The notes beneath the pieces are model-generated. The model saw nothing but the letters and a program-made list of their open reading frames with translations, had not been told where the DNA came from and did not search any database. From the NCBI GenBank assembly GCA_048938385.1, contig JBHLMG010000004.1, positions 57,084 to 101,241 on the forward strand: a stretch of DNA of 44,158 bases, written 5' to 3'. Source of the DNA: Promethearchaeota archaeon (GTDB taxonomy: Archaea; Asgardarchaeota; Hermodarchaeia; Hermodarchaeales; Hermodarchaeaceae). Position numbers and translations under genes: made by a program. Shown in pieces: positions 37,999 to 44,158 of the stretch (the first letter of the stretch is position 1; the number at the start of each line of letters is the position of its first letter).

Positions 37999-40900
37999 AT
38001 GAGTAAAAAATCCAGCCTGCTCACATTATTCGTGCTCCTAGCTGTCGTTATGGTGTTCTCTCCTACCAGCATATTCCTTGAGAGCGCTGTGCGGGCGGCT
38101 CCTCCCAATTCTCCCTATGAGGGAGTAGGTGCAAATATTGATGTCGTTGAATTTGCACGAAATGACAGCACCCTCTTCTCAAACGGCGTAAACGGCACCG
38201 CCTTTTCGTATCTTGAAGGGTGGTATCCTTCAGGCCATCGCGGTTATCATTTGCTCACTTCGGTTTCAAACCTTCGCCGCACCGAAGACCCGGTCCCTAA
38301 CGGTGATTTTGACCAATACGACGAGCCTAATAATAACTGGACCATGACCGCATCTACTGGTGGACTAGTAAAATCCATAGATAATGTCACAGGTGGTAAC
38401 CCTGGATATTGTCTTGACGCCGAACTCAAATATGGAAATGTCCCCAACACCGCCTATGCCTGGATTGATAACGACTTTACTTATACCTCTTCTATCACAC
38501 CAGATAGCTTAAGATTATTTTTTGATATACGATTCTCTGAAGACATCTCCAAAGCAGGTTGGTTGAGCGTCAAAGTTGCAGTTCGCTATCAAGCCGCAGA
38601 AGTCGGAAGTTGGACAAACACAACAGATCTTTTTAGTCCAACTACATGGCAATCTATAGATTTTTGGACAGCTGCCGTTAACGGAACGGTTACCATTCGC
38701 ATCATAATTGCAAAACAGGGTGGAGGAGGTGCTAACACAAAGGGGCATATCTACTTCGATAATTTTCGGTATGTCATCGGTACAGACAGCAAACCCAGTG
38801 AAGTCGGGTTGACTCTCAATGGAGCTTCAATCTCCGATACTACGGGAAGCGCTGGAGAAGTCAATATTTACGCGGATCCGGTTACGAAGGAAGAGGCTCC
38901 GTTAGCCAATTGCTGGAATACAACCGAAGCATTTCAATTCATTTCTGTATCTCACGCTGATATCAGCTTTGATTATGAGTATTCAATGTACATAAAAAGT
39001 GAAAATCCTGCTGCTGCATCAACCGATTTCTCTGCTGCTGCAGATGCAGCCCCTACTTGGAATGTAAACTACACAATTCCCAGTGATCCGCCCCGTCCTC
39101 CAAGCGGATGTGTGGGATATAGTTATGGCTTGTATCTGCGTTCAACATGGAATCTAGTTGAAGTTCGAGATACAGATGATGATCTCGTTCCGACAACCCA
39201 GTATGATTATAACACAACCAGTCAGTTCTTCAAACTGAAAGAAGGCGTTGCTTCTACCGGTGAAAAATTCCGCGTCGTTGCCTCAAGCCTAAACTACATT
39301 CTAGAGGTTTATCCTCAAAAAAGTAGCACCGGATCAGGTCCCTGGACCAATCTTTCCGCAAGCAATTATTATGTAAAGGACGACTGGTTGCGGGTCCTTG
39401 CTACACTACGACCAATTAGTCCATCGGCTAATACTGCTGAAGTGACAATTTTCCGTCCGGATGGTTCAATTTGGCAAAATGATCCGTCACCCACTATCCA
39501 TTCCAGTAACAACACAATCATCAGTTCAGCGTGGCAAGTCGATCAGATTGATGCAGATAATGCAGGAAGCCAATGGCAAGTTACCGTATCCTTCGATAAT
39601 ACGACACAATGCGGTATGCGTGCAAAATCGTTTTCGATCGTCATCGAAACTACCGCTACGAAATGGACCCCAAGTGATGGCGCTACAGTAACCTGGGGAC
39701 AAAGTGTTTTTGTAAATGTAACTTGGACGGATGATTTGGGTACTTCTATTCCCGACGCCTTTGCCCGAATTCGTTACATCGATCGTAATCTTCAAACCCG
39801 ATATGCGAATATGACGGCAAACGGCCTAGGTGCATATGAATTAGCTTTTAGCACGAATTTAATGAGCCCTGATCGCGCTGCAGAATTCTATGTTGAACTA
39901 TTTCGCTATGGGTATGTAAATGTCACAGGGACACAACTACGCTATACAATCAACCTAGTCAATGATCTGAGTTACACCATGCTAAGACCCACCCAACAAA
40001 CAGGGCCCAATGAATATACCGGCGAAACCACCAGCGAGGCTGGTTATATTAGTCAAGTCAGATTCTACGATCTTTACGAACAAGCGTATGTTCGAAACGA
40101 TACCGGCGTGTGGAACGAAAATGTCCGAGTCAACTTCACCCGCTATCATTATACGACATCCTGGGAGTTCTATTCAGAAGGCAGCTTCATACCCAATGCT
40201 TCGAACCCCACGATATTCGAAAAAGTCGATTCTCAGTATTCGGGTACTTCTCAAGTGAAGTATGAAGTGACATTGCGTATTGTCGGAGCGGCGTGGGATT
40301 TTGAGCAACAAAACTTCACAATTATTATCAAAGTAGTTAGCATCGCGACAGACTTGGACGCAGTGCGAACCACCATTATGTATCCGCCCTCAGGCGATGG
40401 ATGGACTCAATACAACAACAACACTGACAGCTACGAGGTCCGCATCTATTGGAATGAAGTATTCAACATCACTGTGTTTTACCACTTCGCTGAAAACGAC
40501 ACAGGGATTAGTGGAGCAAGTGCCACTCTCCTTTATGAGGCTAGCAAGAAGACCATGAGTGCAGTGCCAATCGGCTATTTCACCTACTCCTTAAATACGA
40601 ATGATGTTGGTCTTGGCACAACGGACTTGTTTGTTAATGCTAGTCGAGTAAGTTACGCTTCTCAGACAATTCAAATTCGATTAATCGTTGAAGCGCGAAA
40701 AACTGAACTGACAAAAGACTATCTAGGATCCATAGTTGATCTACCTTATGATGATGATTTCACGGTCATTTTCACCTTCAACGATATCGTTTCAGGAGCT
40801 CCTGTTGCAATAACAGATGCCCTAGGTACCATTGTTGGTTATCCCGGAGGGAAATCTTCAGTAGTTAACAATGGTGATGGAACATACACTGCGACATTCT

Positions 40901-43900
40901 TGGGGGATGTTGTTGAAACCACATATTATGTTACCGTTGGGTTCAGCCGTACTAATTATACGAGTCAATCCAAGTACTTTGAAATCACGGTTCGTCCGAT
41001 GCATACCACGGCTTTTGGTCTGGTAGAATCCGTCTCGGTTCCGTGGGGGCAAAATGTAACCATCAACATCTCCTACAACGATACCGATCACGGCGGTATT
41101 GCCATTTCTGGTGCCACCCTTTCCTTTGTTTCGACAAATGGCTTCTTCAACTCTTCCAGCGATATTCTGGGTGTCGATTACTGGCTGGTTTACAACCCAG
41201 ACGGATCTTACACGCTGATTCTTAACACAACACGAGTGGGAACCGGAATGCAACCCTTCACGCTAATTATCACGCTTAGTAAGATTCATTACGATAACTA
41301 CGAAGTATATACATCCTTCCAAGTACGAGATAACCTCACCGTCCTTCAACGGGTATCACTCGACCCAGGAACGACCGTATCCTGGGGCGACAACCTCACT
41401 ATCGTCTTCACCTATACCAACTTAGATGATGGTGGTTCTGCAATTCCATTCGCAATAATTAGCTGTGATTGGGATGCGTTCTATTGGAGTTGCGACTATA
41501 ATACCACTTTACAGGTCTATATTCTCGTCATACGGACAGAAAGTCGTCTCGAAGGCAGCTATACGGTCACGATAAGTGCCAAGAAAAACCACTATCAACA
41601 ATTCTCAATCATCGAAAACTTCGTGGTCCGACAAATCCAAACAACGCTTGATGTTGATCCGGATTACATACCAAATTGGCCCTTGGGCTTCAATCTCACT
41701 CTCCGCATTGATTACTATGATGCTGATCACGGAGGACAAGTACCCTTCGCTGAAGTGGTTACCGATTGGAATGCAGGCTATTACACGATTATTTACTATG
41801 GAAATGGAACTTATGATTTAATCCTTAATACAACCTGCCGAGGGGTAGGAACACATCCAATTAATGTGACCATCTGGCGCGAGCATTACGCTCAACGAAC
41901 GGTGATAGTGTCCTTAACGCTAGTTCCGATTCCTCTATTCGTAGAAGTTCTTTCGGACTCGCCAGTGACTACTGAATATAATTCAACCGATTTGGTCGTA
42001 GTAACGGTGCGCGTAACCGACCTTTATGGGCGACTGATTAACAACTCTATCACAACCTACCATTGGCTTGGGGGAAGTGGAACCCTCTCGTTTGTCGGAG
42101 CAGGTGTTTACAATGGTTCCTTCTCCGCGGCTGCTGATACTGGCGCTTATGTGGTAACTATCCAGGCTAACAATACAGGTTATCAAATTGGCGTGAGCTT
42201 CGTCATGCTTAATATTCTCCCCACGGATACAATCCTAAGTCCAATAACCTCTAGTGTTCAAGCCGTGGTGGGTCAAACTTTTGACATTTCCATTCTGTTC
42301 ACAACTATTTACGGCACTGGAATTGCTGATGCTACGGTAACCTATCTTTGGGCAACTAATAGGACCGGGACCTTAACCTTTGTTGGTGGCAATGTCTATA
42401 ATGCTACTCTCGATAGTTCCGGATTATCTGCGGGACAATACATCGTCTATGTGACCGCTGGAGGTCAGAATGTCATTGAACGACGAACGACCATCAGTGT
42501 GATATTAGTCTTAATTCCAACGGACCTCCAAGCCTTTCCGGCTATCCAAGAAGTCTACTACGGATTGGATTTCACACTCCTCGTCTTTTTCAATGACACC
42601 ATCAACGATGTAGGTATAGATGGGGCGAATGTCACCTACATTTGGGGACCTCTGACAGGATCGTTGCAACCAACAGGAACGGCTGGATGGTATAATGTTT
42701 CATTACCAACCACAGTTTTCCCCATTGGAACCTACTCAATTACGCTTGCTGCTGATTTCGAAGGGTATCAATATGCCTTAGACTCCGTATCGGTAATCAT
42801 TCGCCCTCAACCAACCACCTTGGACCTCGTCCTAATTCAAACCTATTTCGCACCACAAGATATCGTTACGAACCTTACAGGAATTACCTGGGTTGTTCCA
42901 CGTGGTGAAATTCTTCTGCTATACTTCAACTTCACGGACGCAGCGAACAGTACTATAAGTGGGGCTTTAGGTACCTATACCTGGACTTATGGCACTGGAA
43001 TTCTCTCCTTTGAAAACGGCTTATACATCGCCACATTAAATCTGTCACAAACCCAGCCAGGAACATATTCTCTTCAAATTACCTTGACCTTCCAAAACTA
43101 CGAGGTAGGGCAAAGCCCCTCCTATGATTTGATCGTAATTCGAGTTCCCAGTGCCGTTCAAGTCATAACAGACACAGAAAACATACTTACAGGAACAGTA
43201 TGGAACCTCGTCGTTTTCTACAATGATACATACCACAATTTACCAATTGTTGGCGGCAACCTTACAGTTACCATTCCAGAACTTGGAATCGAAAATGCGT
43301 ATATGCTTGACATTGGAAATGGATTTTATTCATTCCCCGTACCAGCGCTTATCGTTCAAACCACTCTCCATATAGAAATTCGCGCACTAGGTGGGTTACA
43401 ATACAGTTCGGCCATCGAAGACATCGTGGTCGTAGTAACGCTTCATGCCATGGTTTTTGGTGTGCTTCAGATAGGCCTTGGTGCTGCGGTAATTGGTATT
43501 ATCGTGATTGTGATGTGGCTAGCATACACACGGGTTCTAGCGATTCCTTGGCTGGTCCGTAAAATGCGACGCATGAGTCGGACTATCGATAAAGGTAGAA
43601 CTCCTAGTCTTTCAAAAAGGGATTTTGAACGAATTGGCTCTCGACCAGATCTAATTGCCCATCTTGCAGAACCAGCTTATATGACCATCAACATCCCAAT
43701 TTCTGCCGCAAGTCTGCCTGCAGCTTTAGACTACGAAGAGCGGTATGCAGAGGATGAAGCCATTTGGGAAGACTTGAAGCAACTGCCTCGACTCGAATAC
43801 CACCAAAAACTCGAACTCTTCCAGGAGATGAAACGGATTCCCGCAACCGAACGGGTGTGGTTCCTTGAAGACTTGAAGCAACAAATGGCCGATGGAACCC

Positions 43901-44158
43901 GATTTGCCCGAAAGGTCAAAGAACCCGCCCTCGAACCAGAGCTAGAAAAAGAACTACAAGAACGGTTGAAACAATTTCCACAATTGAGCGATGTTGAAAA
44001 AGAACGGATCACCGGACAACTTCGTCATCTTCCCAAGGAAGAATGGGATGAAGTGTTCACTACACTCGCCGTTTCTACAAAACCAGAAGTTGTCAAAGCC
44101 GTTAAAGCTGAGGTAGCTGAGGTAGCTGAGGTAGCTGAGGTAGCTGAGGTAGCTGAGG
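37999..44158 (+). CDS. Giant type-I membrane protein C (>2053 aa, 3'-truncated; absent from the ORF track)
   Basis: ATG at 37999 gives MSKKSSLLTLFVLLAVVMVFSP.... The frame was open at every line I spot-translated and the track lists no ORF in it. TM VFGVLQIGLGAAVIGIIVIVMWLAY. Tail PWLVRKMR...QKLELFQEMKRIP...WFLEDLKQQMADGTRF. Confidence 0.88.
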   Translation, partial: MSKKSSLLTLFVLLAVVMVFSPTSIFLESAVRAAPPNSPYEGVGANIDVVEFARNDSTLFSNGVNGTAFSYLEGWYPSGHRGYHLLTSVSNLRRTEDPVPNGDFDQYDEPNNNWTMTASTGGLVKSIDNVTGGNPGYCLDAELKYGNVPNTAYAWIDNDFTYTSSITPDSLRLFFDIRFSEDISKAGWLSVKVAVRYQAAEVGSWTNTTDLFSPTTWQSIDFWTAAVNGTVTIRIIIAKQGGGGANTKGHIYFDNFRYVIGTDSKPSEVGLTLNGASISDTTGSAGEVNIYADPVTKEEAPLANCWNTTEAFQFISVSHADISFDYEYSMYIKSENPAAASTDFSAAADAAPTWNVNYTIPSDPPRPPSGCVGYSYGLYLRSTWNLVEVRDTDDDLVPTTQYDYNTTSQFFKLKEGVASTGEKFRVVASSLNYILEVYPQKSSTGSGPWTNLSASNYYVKDDWLRVLATLRPISPSANTAEVTIFRPDGSIWQNDPSPTIHSSNNTIISSAWQVDQIDADNAGSQWQVTVSFDNTTQCGMRAKSFSIVIETTATKWTPSDGATVTWGQSVFVNVTWTDDLGTSIPDAFARIRYIDRNLQTRYANMTANGLGAYELAFSTNLMSPDRAAEFYVELFRYGYVNVTGTQLRYTINLVNDLSYTMLRPTQQTGPNEYTGETTSEAGYISQVRFYDLYEQAYVRNDTGVWNENVRVNFTRYHYTTSWEFYSEGSFIPNASNPTIFEKVDSQYSGTSQVKYEVTLRIVGAAWDFEQQNFTIIIKVVSIATDLDAVRTTIMYPPSGDGWTQYNNNTDSYEVRIYWNEVFNITVFYHFAENDTGISGASATLLYEASKKTMSAVPIGYFTYSLNTNDVGLGTTDLFVNASRVSYASQTIQIRLIVEARKTELTKDYLGSIVDLPYDDDFTVIFTFNDIVSGAPVAITDALGTIVGYPGGKSSVVNNGDGTYTATFLGDVVETTYYVTVGFSRTNYTSQSKYFEITVRPMHTTAFGLVESVSVPWGQNVTINISYNDTDHGGIAISGATLSFVSTNGFFNSSSDILGVDYWLVYNPDGSYTLILNTTRVGTGMQPFTLIITLSKIHYDNYEVYTSFQVRDNLTVLQRVSLDPGTTVSWGDNLTIVFTYTNLDDGGSAIPFAIISCDWDAFYWSCDYNTTLQVYILVIRTESRLEGSYTVTISAKKNHYQQFSIIENFVVRQIQTTLDVDPDYIPNWPLGFNLTLRIDYYDADHGGQVPFAEVVTDWNAGYYTIIYYGNGTYDLILNTTCRGVGTHPINVTIWREHYAQRTVIVSLTLVPIPLFVEVLSDSPVTTEYNSTDLVVVTVRVTDLYGRLINNSITTYHWLGGSGTLSFVGAGVYNGSFSAAADTGAYVVTIQANNTGYQIGVSFVMLNILPTDTILSPITSSVQAVVGQTFDISILFTTIYGTGIADATVTYLWATNRTGTLTFVGGNVYNATLDSSGLSAGQYIVYVTAGGQNVIERRTTISVILVLIPTDLQAFPAIQEVYYGLDFTLLVFFNDTINDVGIDGANVTYIWGPLTGSLQPTGTAGWYNVSLPTTVFPIGTYSITLAADFEGYQYALDSVSVIIRPQPTTLDLVLIQTYFAPQDIVTNLTGITWVVPRGEILLLYFNFTDAANSTISGALGTYTWTYGTGILSFENGLYIATLNLSQTQPGTYSLQITLTFQNYEVGQSPSYDLIVIRVPSAVQVITDTENILTGTVWNLVVFYNDTYHNLPIVGGNLTVTIPELGIENAYMLDIGNGFYSFPVPALIVQTTLHIEIRALGGLQYSSAIEDIVVVVTLHAMVFGVLQIGLGAAVIGIIVIVMWLAYTRVLAIPWLVRKMRRMSRTIDKGRTPSLSKRDFERIGSRPDLIAHLAEPAYMTINIPISAASLPAALDYEERYAEDEAIWEDLKQLPRLEYHQKLELFQEMKRIPATERVWFLEDLKQQMADGTRFARKVKEPALEPELEKELQERLKQFPQLSDVEKERITGQLRHLPKEEWDEVFTTLAVSTKPEVVKAVKAEVAEVAEVAEVAEVAE
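44107..44158 (+). repeat. Perfect 9-bp tandem repeat (GCTGAGGTA) x5 plus partial unit, encoding (AEV)n
   Basis: Directly visible, in frame with protein C, and running to the window end. Confidence 0.95.

Noticed and set aside
32734-43905. Similar 144-bp segments as a DGR template/variable repeat or recent gene conversion
   Set aside because: The differences are largely synonymous third-position changes and not adenine-specific, and no reverse transcriptase is present in the window.
1323-44158. Single operon-level system linking the gelsolins and the giant membrane proteins
   Set aside because: They are separated by more than 22 kb of metabolic genes and no actin gene is in the window, so a functional link is only a hypothesis.
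44107-44158. CRISPR array or telomere-like repeat
   Set aside because: The 9-bp units have no spacers and lie in frame within a CDS.

Overview
Gene-dense archaeal chromosomal window, most likely from an Asgard archaeon. This is inferred from GGTGA/GGAGG Shine-Dalgarno sites, TATA-like promoters, three gelsolin-domain proteins, a standalone V4R protein and giant glycosylated single-pass surface proteins. Left part (1-9 kb): an M24 peptidase, three paralogous single-gelsolin-domain proteins sharing an unnamed C-terminal domain, a beta-CASP nuclease, a class II HMG-CoA reductase, a V4R protein and a Zn-ribbon/winged-helix protein. Middle part (9-28.7 kb): a LarA-family protein with an FGGY kinase, a sirtuin, a radical SAM enzyme resembling the Grs/Gms/Gmm tetraether-lipid modifiers, two Cys-less thiolase-fold proteins with two DUF35 subunits, and beta-oxidation enzymes. 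MBL hydrolases, a PHP protein and a TIM-barrel protein also lie here. Right part (28.8-44.2 kb): three tandem giant type-I membrane proteins of 1414, 1512 and >2053 aa. The third is missing from the ORF track because it runs off the window inside a 9-bp tandem repeat. They have divergent ectodomains and a strongly conserved cytoplasmic tail built from two helical repeats. The best candidates for an undescribed system are this receptor/adhesin-like array and the gelsolin trio, one member of which has a WASP CA-like acidic-Trp tail. No tRNA, rRNA, CRISPR array or mobile element was seen. All calls come from manual motif reading; no database searches were run.
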